64,000 bases of DNA from an uncultured Acidobacteriota bacterium (lineage in GTDB: Bacteria > Acidobacteriota > Vicinamibacteria > Vicinamibacterales > CAVPJW01). The DNA lies in NCBI GenBank assembly GCA_963826865.1, contig CAWGYQ010000007.1:103725-167724 (forward strand), in the 5' to 3' direction. Position numbers and translations under genes: made by a program. Under the pieces are notes generated by a model. It was not told the origin of the DNA. It did no database searches and was given only the letters and a program-made list of their open reading frames with translations. Positions 1-8,583 of this stretch are shown piece after piece (the stretch's first letter is position 1; each line of letters starts with the position of its first letter).

Positions 1-70
1 TTTGGTGCCACCACCCCCGCCGAGGGTTCGGCCTGAACCCGACCCTTCGCCACCGCGTATAGTCGTTCAG

Positions 71-1042
71 ATGGATGCACCCGAGGCCGTCGAGATCCCC
101 ACACAACCGGCGGTGCCGCTAGACTCGCCAGCCGTCGTCCGGCTCGATGGTGTCAGCGTCGCCTATGGCTCGGCCTGGGCCCTGCGCGATGTCACGGTGA
201 GCTTTCAGTCTGGAGCTGTGGGCCTGCTGGGGCCCAACGGCGCCGGTAAGAGCACCCTCCTCAAATCGCTGCTGGGCTTCATCGTGCCCGACCGTGGCCG
301 CTTGACGGTGCTCGGTCTGGACGTGGCATCGTCTGCGCCAGCGGTGCGTGCGCGGATCGGCTACATGCCTGAGAACGACGCGCACATTCCGGGGATGAAC
401 GCCGTGACCTTCGTCGCCTATTGCGGAAGGCTCTGCGGCTTGCCCGCAGTCGATGCCATGCAGCGAGCTCACGAGGTGCTCTATTACGTGGGGCTGGGAG
501 AGGCGCGGTACCGCAATCTGGAGACCTATTCGACCGGCATGAAGCAGCGCATCAAACTGGCGCAAGCGCTGGTCCACGACCCGGATCTTCTATTTCTCGA
601 TGAGCCGACCAATGGCATGGATCCGAAGGGTCGCGACGAGATGCTCGAGCTCATTCGGGATCTCGGGCACGACCAGGGCGTCAGCCTGATTGTCTCGTCG
701 CATCTCCTGCCCGACGTGGAGTACACGTGCGACCACGTTGTCGTGCTCGACAAGGGGGAGGTGGCTGCCGACGGATCGATCGAACGCCTCAAAGGATCCA
801 GCGGTCAGGTCTTCGAGTTGCGCGTCAAGGGCGACCTCGAGAGTTTCGTCCGCGTCCTGCGCGCGAGAGGCATCGACTGCCACGAAACCGACGAGGATGT
901 GATGCGGGTCTTCGTCCCCGCCGGACATGGCGCCGAACTGCTGTTTCAGCTCGCGGCGCGGCAGGGAGTGCAGGTTCGCCACCTCCGTGCCAGCGTTCCC
1001 ACGCTCGAAGACGTGTTCGCGCGCGCCGTCGGGGACGAGTAG
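71..1042 (+). CDS. ABC transporter ATP-binding protein
   Basis: ORF 2..1042. Walker A GPNGAGKST, ABC signature YSTGMKQR, Walker B LLFLDEPT. The frame is open to the window edge and the first ATG is at 71, so the 5' end is uncertain. Confidence 0.85.
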   Translation: MDAPEAVEIPTQPAVPLDSPAVVRLDGVSVAYGSAWALRDVTVSFQSGAVGLLGPNGAGKSTLLKSLLGFIVPDRGRLTVLGLDVASSAPAVRARIGYMPENDAHIPGMNAVTFVAYCGRLCGLPAVDAMQRAHEVLYYVGLGEARYRNLETYSTGMKQRIKLAQALVHDPDLLFLDEPTNGMDPKGRDEMLELIRDLGHDQGVSLIVSSHLLPDVEYTCDHVVVLDKGEVAADGSIERLKGSSGQVFELRVKGDLESFVRVLRARGIDCHETDEDVMRVFVPAGHGAELLFQLAARQGVQVRHLRASVPTLEDVFARAVGDE

Positions 1043-1882
1043 ATGCCCATCCATCACCAGGGCTACCGGCGGTACGGCGGAGCGCGTGACGGTCTGGGCC
1101 GGGCTTGGACGGTCATTGCCGCGACCGGCGTGCGAACCCTCCTTCGACGACGGCTGTTCCTGCTGCTGCTGCTCGTCGCCTGGGGGCCGTTCATCGTCCG
1201 AGCGGTCCAGATCTACGCCACCGTCAACTTTCCGGGCGCATCGTTTCTGTCGGTCACGTCCGGGACATTCCGCGACTTCCTCGATACGCAGGGATGGTTC
1301 GTCTTTTTCATCACCGTTTACGTGGGAGCAGGTCTCATTGCCAACGATCGGCGGGCCAATGCACTTCAGATCTACCTGTCGAAGCCGCTGACACGCGCCG
1401 AGTATGTCGCCGGCAAGCTCGCCACCCTGATGTTCTTCCTGCTACTCGTCACCTGGCTGCCGGCCATCCTGCTGCTCGTCGTGCAGGTGGTCTTCGCCGG
1501 CAGCGTCTCGTTTCTGAGGTCGAACCTCTATCTGATTCCGGCCATCACCGTCTTCTCGTTGCTGCAGGTTCTGGTGGCATCGTTCACGATGCTGGGCCTT
1601 TCGTCGCTTTCGCGTAGCAGCCGGTTCGTCGCCGTCATGTACGCCGGATTGGTGTTCTTTTCCGAAGCGATCGCAGACGTCGTCGGAGCCGTTACCGGCG
1701 GCACCTCTTCGGCCTGGGTCTCCTTCTCGGCCAATCTGGCCCAGTTGGGGGATGCGATCTTCAGATTGCCGCATCGTTACGACATGCCTGTGGTCGTGTC
1801 GCTGGCCATTCTGTTCGGCTTGGTCGGCCTGTCAATCCTGGTGCTCGACCGCCGCGTCCGCGGCGTGGAAGTCGTCACGTGA
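1043..1882 (+). CDS. ABC-2 type transporter permease
   Basis: 279-aa ORF with multiple long hydrophobic segments. Its ATG directly follows the upstream stop (TAGATG), suggesting translational coupling to the ATPase. Confidence 0.7.
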   Translation: MPIHHQGYRRYGGARDGLGRAWTVIAATGVRTLLRRRLFLLLLLVAWGPFIVRAVQIYATVNFPGASFLSVTSGTFRDFLDTQGWFVFFITVYVGAGLIANDRRANALQIYLSKPLTRAEYVAGKLATLMFFLLLVTWLPAILLLVVQVVFAGSVSFLRSNLYLIPAITVFSLLQVLVASFTMLGLSSLSRSSRFVAVMYAGLVFFSEAIADVVGAVTGGTSSAWVSFSANLAQLGDAIFRLPHRYDMPVVVSLAILFGLVGLSILVLDRRVRGVEVVT

Positions 1883-2820
1883 TCTCGCCCGCCGTCCGGC
1901 CGCCGCTCGTGCAGGCGGAGCATCTGTCCAAGTGGTATGGCCAGGTGATCGGATTGAACGACGTCAGCGTGACGCTCCCACCAGGCATCACTGGGTTGCT
2001 GGGCCCGAACGGGGCCGGCAAATCGACCCTGATGAAGCTCATTACCGGTCAGCTCAAGCCCAGTAAGGGTGACATCCGCGTTCTCGGCCAGCCCATCTGG
2101 GGTAACCATGCGCTCTACACCCGTCTCGGCTTCTGTCCGGAACAGGATGCGTTCTACGAGCGGATGACCGGGCTGGACTGGGTGACGGCGCTGGTCAGCG
2201 TAAGCGGCTTCGGCGATCGCGAAGCACGTGCCGCCGCTGAAAAGGCCCTGGCGGCCGTCGATTTGACCGATGCGGCGCACAAAAAAATCGGCGCGTACAG
2301 CAAGGGCATGCGCCAGCGGGTGAAGCTGGCCCAGGCCATTGCCCACGAACCCGAGCTGCTGATTCTCGACGAACCCCTGGCCGGGATGGATCCGCTCGGC
2401 CGACGGAAGACCATTCGCCTCATCAAGGACTGGGCGCGTCGCGGCCAGAGCATTCTCGTGTCGAGCCACATCCTGCACGAGATTGAAGCCATGACTGCCA
2501 GTATCCTCCTCATCAACAACGGTCGAATCGTGGCCGAGGGCAACGTTCATCAGATCCGCGATCTCATCGATGAACATCCGCATACCGTCCACATCCGCGC
2601 CGACGAGCCTCGAACCCTCGCTCGCATCATTCTGGCGCAGGACGACGTGCTCAGCCTGAAGCTGGAACGGGAGGCTGTCGTGGTGGAGACCGCACGCCCC
2701 GATGCGTTCTACGCGCGATTGACGGACCTGGCCGCCAGCGGCGAAGCGGGAGTTGTGCACGAAGTAACGTCTCCCGACGACAACCTGCAGGCGGTGTTCA
2801 AGTATCTGGTGAAGCAATGA
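1879..2820 (+). CDS. ABC transporter ATP-binding protein (second cassette)
   Basis: Walker A GPNGAGKST, signature YSKGMRQR, Walker B LLILDEPL. The GTG start overlaps the upstream stop (GTGA). Confidence 0.85.
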   Translation: MISPAVRPPLVQAEHLSKWYGQVIGLNDVSVTLPPGITGLLGPNGAGKSTLMKLITGQLKPSKGDIRVLGQPIWGNHALYTRLGFCPEQDAFYERMTGLDWVTALVSVSGFGDREARAAAEKALAAVDLTDAAHKKIGAYSKGMRQRVKLAQAIAHEPELLILDEPLAGMDPLGRRKTIRLIKDWARRGQSILVSSHILHEIEAMTASILLINNGRIVAEGNVHQIRDLIDEHPHTVHIRADEPRTLARIILAQDDVLSLKLEREAVVVETARPDAFYARLTDLAASGEAGVVHEVTSPDDNLQAVFKYLVKQ

Positions 2821-3632
2821 AGTTCCTCGCGGCCTCGCTGAAGATTTTCGATCTCTCGCTCGGCGAGATGCTCTGGTCTCGGCGCACCATTTTCATGGCC
2901 CTGGTCGTGGGCGGTCCGGTCATCATGGCCCTTGTCTTTCGGGCGCTCGAGCTGGCTGGGTTTCCGGCGCTCCGGGTCAACGGCGCCCGCCTTGGCGGGC
3001 CGGCCATCTTCGGGATCGTCGTCTGGTTCGTCTACCTGCGATTCATCGTGCCGGTGCTCGGCGCCTTCTACGGAACCTCGCTCATCGCCGACGAGGTCGA
3101 CGACAAGACGATCACCTATCTTTTCACCCGCCCCATCCCTCGGGGCGCGATCGCCATCGGCAAGTACTTGAGTTACCTGGTCTGCACCGGACTGGTCGTG
3201 CTTCCGTCGGTCGTCCTGGTCTTCTTCCTGGTCGTCCCAATCGGCGGAGGAGCGATCGCGTCCGCGTTTCCCGGACTCGTCCGCGACATCGTGCTGCTCG
3301 GTCTGGGGCTGGCGGCCTACGGGGCTTTTTTTGCCTTCATTGGCGCACGCTTGAAGCGCCCACTGCTCTTCGGGCTCGGCTTCGCGTTTGGATGGGAGAC
3401 CGCCGTGCTCCTGTTTCCCGGTTACCTGCGCCGCCTGACGATTGCGTACTACCTCCAGTCGCTCGTGCCGCACGCCGCGCCCCGGGATGACCTGGCCAGC
3501 CTGTTGCGGTCTGTTTTCCCGGATCCGCCGTCAGCCTGGGGTTCGGTGCTCGCGCTCCTGATCATCACCGGGACCTTTCTCGCCTGGACCGCGCACACCG
3601 TGGCCCGGCGGGAATACGTCCTGGAACAGTAG
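2817..3632 (+). CDS. ABC-2 type transporter permease (second cassette)
   Basis: 271-aa hydrophobic multi-helix ORF with an ATGA overlap onto the upstream ATPase gene. Confidence 0.7.
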   Translation: MKFLAASLKIFDLSLGEMLWSRRTIFMALVVGGPVIMALVFRALELAGFPALRVNGARLGGPAIFGIVVWFVYLRFIVPVLGAFYGTSLIADEVDDKTITYLFTRPIPRGAIAIGKYLSYLVCTGLVVLPSVVLVFFLVVPIGGGAIASAFPGLVRDIVLLGLGLAAYGAFFAFIGARLKRPLLFGLGFAFGWETAVLLFPGYLRRLTIAYYLQSLVPHAAPRDDLASLLRSVFPDPPSAWGSVLALLIITGTFLAWTAHTVARREYVLEQ

Positions 3633-3697
3633 CGCGCCGCACCGCAGGAACCGGCTTGCCCGCACGATTCGTATATGCTGTCGAGGGCGTCGAATCG

Positions 3698-4684
3698 ATG
3701 ACGAAGGGCACTCGTTATTTCATCTGGGGCGCGCTTGCGACCCTGGGCATCGGCCTGAGCGTGGGGCTGGTGGCCTATTACGCGGGCTTCCCCCTGGGCG
3801 CACGCTCGCAGGCCGACGACCTCGCCGAGCTTCAATACGTGCCCCGGGATGCCGATGTGGTCGCCTACGCGAACGTGCGCGACGTAATGGATTCCGAGCT
3901 CCGGCAGCGATTGCGGACACGCGAATCGGGTGCCGAGCGTGACGGACAGGCGGAGTTCCAGAAGCGCACCGGGATCAACATCGAGACCGACGTGGATAGG
4001 GTGGTGGCTTACATGACGCACCGCCCCGGCGAGGCCTCGTCCGAAAACGGGCTGGTACTGGCGCGTGGCCGGTTCGACACAGTGCGGCTCGAGGGACTGG
4101 CGCGCGAGCACGGCGGAACGGTCGAGGATTACAAGGGCAAGCGTGTTCTGACGCACCGGGGCGATTCGACCGACAAGGACATGGCGGTGGCGTTTCTGGA
4201 GGCCGGCCTCGTCGCGGTTGGCAGTGACCGTGTCGTGCGTCAGGCCATTGATGTGGCCTCCGGCGGGCAGAACGTCACCGCGAACGGCGAGCTCATGAGC
4301 CTCGTCCAAGACCTCGACGACGGCAATGCGTGGGCCGTGGGCCGTTTCGACGCGCTGACCAGTTCGGGCCGGTTGCCCGAAGGCGTGCTGACACAGCTGC
4401 CGGCCATTTCGTGGATCTCGGCCAGTGGCCGTGTCAACGGCGGCGTGACGGCGACTATCCGGGCGGAGACACGTGACGATGCGGCAGCCGACAGCCTCCG
4501 CGACGTCGTCCGTGGCATCGTGGCGCTGGCCGAGCTCCAGGGCAAGTCTCAGCCGGGCGTGGATACGGTTCTGCGATCGGTCCAGCTGGGTGGAACCGGG
4601 CGGACCGTCTCGCTATCGTTCACCGTGCCCGCCGAAGTCTTCGAGGCGGTCACCGCAACCAGTCCGGGGTCGCCGCAGCCATAG
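3698..4684 (+). CDS. membrane-anchored hypothetical protein
   Basis: ORF 3656..4684. ATG at 3698 gives MTKGTRYFIWGALATLGIGLSVGLVAYYAG, an N-terminal TM anchor followed by a soluble domain. It follows the ABC genes on the same strand. No family recognised. Confidence 0.55.
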   Translation: MTKGTRYFIWGALATLGIGLSVGLVAYYAGFPLGARSQADDLAELQYVPRDADVVAYANVRDVMDSELRQRLRTRESGAERDGQAEFQKRTGINIETDVDRVVAYMTHRPGEASSENGLVLARGRFDTVRLEGLAREHGGTVEDYKGKRVLTHRGDSTDKDMAVAFLEAGLVAVGSDRVVRQAIDVASGGQNVTANGELMSLVQDLDDGNAWAVGRFDALTSSGRLPEGVLTQLPAISWISASGRVNGGVTATIRAETRDDAAADSLRDVVRGIVALAELQGKSQPGVDTVLRSVQLGGTGRTVSLSFTVPAEVFEAVTATSPGSPQP

Positions 4685-4692
4685 CAGGACGC

Positions 4693-4721
4693 TTGACTCG
4701 GTCCAGCCGGTCCCCTACACT
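4693..4721 (+). promoter_or_regulatory. putative sigma70-type promoter
   Basis: TTGACT (4693-4698), 17-nt spacer, TACACT (4716-4721), about 60 nt upstream of the ATG at 4782. Confidence 0.35.
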
Positions 4722-4781
4722 CGCTCTCTCACGGAACAAGCAGACGACAGCCACTCGAAGGTGCACCGCGACCCGCGAGCC

Positions 4782-5183
4782 ATGTCCACGCGCGTCTTCT
4801 TCTACGGCACGCTGCGCACGGGGTTCAGCCGGCGTCCGCGCACGGGCGTGGAACCCAAGCTCACCTTCATAGGCCACGGATCCATCGAAGCCGCCCTCTT
4901 CGACGTCGGGTTGTACCCAGCCGCCGTGCCGACACCGGACTCTCGCGTGTTTGGCGAAGTCTTCGAGATGGAGACACCCGACGAAGTGCTCGCAACGCTT
5001 GACGAGTTCGAGGGCTATCGTCCGTCCGAACCGGATCGCAGCCTGTACACGCGCGCCGAGACGCTGGTGACATTGGATGACGGTTCCATCGAGCTCGCGT
5101 GGGTCTACTTCTACAACGCGCCGCTCGGGCGCGCCGGCCGAATCCCGTCTGGCGACTATCTGCAGCACCTTCGCGCCAAGTAA
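4782..5183 (+). CDS. gamma-glutamylcyclotransferase family protein (AIG2/GGACT-like)
   Basis: The internal ATG of ORF 4473..5183 gives MSTRVFFYGTLRTGF... with the YGTL motif and later FGEVFE and EFEGY, typical of the AIG2-like fold. The upstream part of the ORF overlaps the previous gene and looks non-coding. Confidence 0.75.
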   Translation: MSTRVFFYGTLRTGFSRRPRTGVEPKLTFIGHGSIEAALFDVGLYPAAVPTPDSRVFGEVFEMETPDEVLATLDEFEGYRPSEPDRSLYTRAETLVTLDDGSIELAWVYFYNAPLGRAGRIPSGDYLQHLRAK

Positions 5184-5249
5184 CGCGAGTACGCGCGTCA
5201 AGCACGGCCCTCTCGGGCTCACCACCGACGTGTCCTGCCGCCGACAGAG

Positions 5250-5518
5250 CTAAGCCGTCAGCCGACCCGTCCTGACGGATTCGAGAAATTCGTCGATGGC
5301 TGTCTGGGCTCGTGTCGATGAATCGACGAGCTCGACGCCGGAGCGATAGACAACCGTGTCCCGTTCGATGTCGGTGATGGGTGAATAATCCGTCCCTTGA
5401 AGACGATGGAGCGATCGCTGAGGGTGGGCCGGAAATCGTGGAGGGAATCGTCGACATTCAGATCCCCGAGAAGCCGCACGCGCTCGACGGCCCGTTTGCT
5501 CTGATCGTCGGACGCCAT
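5250..5518 (-). pseudogene. small conserved-looking hypothetical protein, frame broken (missing base)
   Basis: ORF 5258..5521 reads MASDDQSKRAVERVRLLGDLNVDDSLHDFRPTLSDRSIVFKGRIIH and then turns low-complexity. Shifting at the CCC run (plus-strand GGG 5379-5381) gives PITDIERDTVVYRSGVELVDSSTRAQTAIDEFLESVRTGRLTA with a stop at 5250-5252. Confidence 0.45.
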
Positions 5519-5549
5519 CACGCGCGGCTCTCGCAGGGTCTGCGCACCC

Positions 5550-5933
5550 TCAGTTCATTCGGAGGGCGACCTGCGGGGTGAACAGGTCGTCGGCCATCCG
5601 CGTGAAACGCTCCTCCTCGTCCTGACCCTCGTATTCGGTCGTATAGGTCAGTACCGGAATCTGGCGCGTCTCATCATCGATTTTCAACATCGAGAGGAGA
5701 TGAAAACCGTCGAGATCCTCGATCCGCACACAGAGAACGATCAGATTCGGCCGCATCGTCTTGATTTCGGAGTACGCGCGGTCGCTGGCGTCGACGAACG
5801 CCAGATCGTATTGCCCTGCATCGAGCACCGTCTCGAGGAGATCGATGACGTCGCTGCTCCCGTTGACGACTGCGACCCTGCAGCTTTGATGCGGCACTTG
5901 CATTTTCCGTTCGACCTCCAGGTGTTCGACCAT
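5550..5933 (-). CDS. stand-alone receiver-like (pseudo-receiver) domain protein
   Basis: 127 aa with a CheY-like pattern (VAVVNGSSD...LIVLCVRIEDLDGFHLL...IPVLTYT). The acidic pair is replaced by NG and the phospho-acceptor Asp position reads Cys. Confidence 0.6.
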   Translation of the reverse strand: MVEHLEVERKMQVPHQSCRVAVVNGSSDVIDLLETVLDAGQYDLAFVDASDRAYSEIKTMRPNLIVLCVRIEDLDGFHLLSMLKIDDETRQIPVLTYTTEYEGQDEEERFTRMADDLFTPQVALRMN

Positions 5934-6140
5934 GGCGGCCCTCCGTGTCGTCTTTCCTATTCAAGAATCACGCCACACGACGCCCGACTAAAACGGCACG
6001 AATCGGCCCGAAACTGCCGTGCTCAGATGAGCATACCCTCCGCCGTTTCGCGGATGGCTCCAAAATGAAGCAGTCAGTGGTCCAATCCGCGTAATCGGAG
6101 TTTTCGCGGCTTGCACGGCCGCAGCTGAGTACGGCACTCT

Positions 6141-7655
6141 GTGGCCGTCATGGCAGTAACAACCAGTGCGGACAGGGCCACCTACAGCAATTTCATCGAC
6201 GGAACATGGGTGCCGGCTGGAAATGGCGCCGTGTTCGAGAACAGGAATCCCGCGAATCCGGACGACGTGATCGGACTCTTCCAGCAGTCGGACAAGCGTG
6301 ACGTCGAGGCAGCCTTGGCGGCAGCTCAACGGGCGTACGCGGGTTGGCGCCTGGTACCGGCTCCCAAGCGCGCTGAGCTCCTGTTTCGCGCGGCCTCGTT
6401 GCTCGTGGAGCGTAAGGAGGCGTTTGCCCGCGACATGACGCGGGAGATGGGGAAGATTCTCGACGAAACGCGTGGCGATGTGCAGGAAGCCATCGACATG
6501 ACCTATTTCATGGCCGGGGAAGGCCGGCGTCAGTACGGCCAGACCGTGCCCTCCGAGCTGCGCGACAAGTTCGCGATGTCGGTACGCCAGCCCCTCGGGA
6601 TTTGCTCGATTATCACGCCGTGGAACTTCCCGATGGCGATTCCGTCGTGGAAGATCATCCCGGCCCTCATCTGCGGCAACACGGTGGTCTTCAAACCGGC
6701 AACCCTCACGCCGTTATCCGCGGTGAACTTCGTCAAGGTCCTTGAAGAGGCGGGTGTGCCTGCCGGCGTCGTGAATCTGGTGACGGGCGGCGGCAACGAG
6801 GTGGGCACGGCCATGGTGGTGGACGACGACGTCCGCGTCGTGTCGTTCACGGGCTCGACGGCGGTCGGCCGGATCGTGTCGGAAAAGGGAGCGCCCGGGT
6901 TCAAGAAGGTCCATCTCGAGATGGGTGGCAAGAACGTCATCATGATCATGGACGATGCCAATCTCGAGCTCGCGGTGGACGGATGTCTCTGGGGTGGCTT
7001 TGGGACGAGCGGCCAACGCTGCACGGCCGCCAGCCGCGTCGTCGTGCACCGCAAGGTGTACCGGGCGTTTCTCGAGGCGTTCGTCGCCCGAGCCAAGGCG
7101 CTCACCGTGGGCGATGGTCTCAATCCGTCGACCCAGATGGGTCCGGTCGTCAGTCGTGGCCAGCTTGAAACCGTGATGGAGTACGTCGAAATCGGCCGGA
7201 ATGAAGGCGCAACCCTGGCAGCTGGTGGTCATGCCCTGGAGGGCTCGGCGTTTCGAAACGGACATTTCCACGAACCCACGGTCTTTGCCGACGTCGGTTC
7301 GGGCATGAGAATCGCGCAAGAGGAAATCTTCGGACCCGTCGTCTCCGTCATCCCGTGTGATTCGTTCGAGGAAGCCGTCGAGATTGCCAACGGAGTCGCT
7401 TACGGACTATCGGCCTCCATCTATACGCAGGACGTCAACCGCGCCTTCTCGGCGATGCGCGACGTCGATACGGGAATCTTCTACGTCAACGCCCCGACGA
7501 TCGGCGCCGAAGTCCACCTGCCGTTTGGGGGAACGAAGGCGACCGGAAACGGTCACCGCGAGGCCGGCACGGCGGCGCTCGACGTCTTCTCGGAGTGGAA
7601 GTCCGTGTATGTGGACTTCAGCGGACGACTGCAGCGGGCACAGATTGACGCGTAG
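6141..7655 (+). CDS. NAD(P)-dependent aldehyde dehydrogenase
   Basis: 504 aa. ALDH hallmarks: [26 protein letters not shown] (catalytic Cys), EEIFGPV. The start could be GTG 6141 or ATG 6150. Confidence 0.9.
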   Translation: MAVMAVTTSADRATYSNFIDGTWVPAGNGAVFENRNPANPDDVIGLFQQSDKRDVEAALAAAQRAYAGWRLVPAPKRAELLFRAASLLVERKEAFARDMTREMGKILDETRGDVQEAIDMTYFMAGEGRRQYGQTVPSELRDKFAMSVRQPLGICSIITPWNFPMAIPSWKIIPALICGNTVVFKPATLTPLSAVNFVKVLEEAGVPAGVVNLVTGGGNEVGTAMVVDDDVRVVSFTGSTAVGRIVSEKGAPGFKKVHLEMGGKNVIMIMDDANLELAVDGCLWGGFGTSGQRCTAASRVVVHRKVYRAFLEAFVARAKALTVGDGLNPSTQMGPVVSRGQLETVMEYVEIGRNEGATLAAGGHALEGSAFRNGHFHEPTVFADVGSGMRIAQEEIFGPVVSVIPCDSFEEAVEIANGVAYGLSASIYTQDVNRAFSAMRDVDTGIFYVNAPTIGAEVHLPFGGTKATGNGHREAGTAALDVFSEWKSVYVDFSGRLQRAQIDA

Positions 7656-7735
7656 CGCCGGTCATCGCGTGTCCTGAGGCGCCCCGCTCGCCACGCGCCG
7701 AAGAGCAGCGGCACAGATTGATGCGTAGATGATCG

Positions 7736-8494
7736 TCAGCTGCCCGCGCGCCGCTTCTTCAGATCTTCCTTGAGCCTGGGGTTCACTTTGAACCCCGCCT
7801 GCTCGGCCAGCCGCACTTCGTTCTCCGCGTCGTCCAGCCGGCCGTTGATCATGTAGATGACGGCGAGGTTGTTGTGAGCTTCGCCCATGCGCGGACTGAC
7901 GCTGATGGCGGCCAGGTAGGCCGTCTCGGCTTCCGGCAGATCGCCGGCACGGAAGTAGGCGCTCCCGATGGCCAGTGAGACCTCGGAGGGCGTCCTGAAC
8001 TCGCCCACCCCCGTCAGGCCGTCGTTGCGCGTTTTTTCCAGATCGCGCACGCGATCCTGCATCCGGTTGCGAGTGAGCGGATTCACGTTCTTGATTCGGT
8101 TGCTATCCATGGCTGCCAAAGTGTCCTCGAGCTCGCGAATCTCGTCATCTTGCCGACGCTCGACCGCCATCTTGTTGGTGGCAGCCAGGTTGTGGAGCGA
8201 GCGGAAGGCCTCGCGGCACGCTGAGTACGCCCGGATCGCGCTTCGATACTCCTTGAGGCCCATGTAGGCCTGCCCGAGCCCATAGTGTGCGAGCGTCAGG
8301 AGCGGGTCGATCTTGATCGCCGCGTTGAATCGCTCGGCAGCCTTCTCGTACTGTTCGGCCAGCAAGAGCTCCTGTCCGGCGCGATACTCCTCGAGCGCGG
8401 CTTTCCGGGCCGTTTCATCGACCAACTGCTGACCGACGGGTCCACCTGCGGAGATGACGACGAGAGAGGCCACGAGAAACGACAGAAGTCGCAT
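7736..8494 (-). CDS. secreted TPR-repeat protein
   Basis: 252 aa. N-terminal signal-like MRLLSFLVASLVVISAGG, then repeated TPR-like A/Y/L patterns (AHYGLGQAY, GSAYFRAGD, HNNLAVIY). Confidence 0.7.
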   Translation of the reverse strand: MRLLSFLVASLVVISAGGPVGQQLVDETARKAALEEYRAGQELLLAEQYEKAAERFNAAIKIDPLLTLAHYGLGQAYMGLKEYRSAIRAYSACREAFRSLHNLAATNKMAVERRQDDEIRELEDTLAAMDSNRIKNVNPLTRNRMQDRVRDLEKTRNDGLTGVGEFRTPSEVSLAIGSAYFRAGDLPEAETAYLAAISVSPRMGEAHNNLAVIYMINGRLDDAENEVRLAEQAGFKVNPRLKEDLKKRRAGS

Positions 8495-8521
8495 GTCACA
8501 CCGCCTTGGGGGGCCGCCAGG

Positions 8522-8558
8522 AAAACAAAAGGGGGGTCACCTAAGTGACCCCCCTTTC
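8522..8558 (-). terminator. Rho-independent terminator after the OMP gene
   Basis: Perfect 10-bp stem GGGGGGTCAC/GTGACCCCCC (8531-8540 / 8545-8554) with a 4-nt loop. On the minus strand it is followed by TTTTGTTTT. Confidence 0.8.
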
Positions 8559-8583
8559 TAGCACGAACCGATCGACGCCGCTT

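Noticed and set aside
4473-4781. N-terminal 103-aa extension of ORF 4473..5183, overlapping the end of the previous gene.
   Set aside because: The extension is low-complexity Ser/Arg/Pro sequence. The family-typical N-terminus (MSTRVFFYGTL) starts at ATG 4782, downstream of a promoter-like element.
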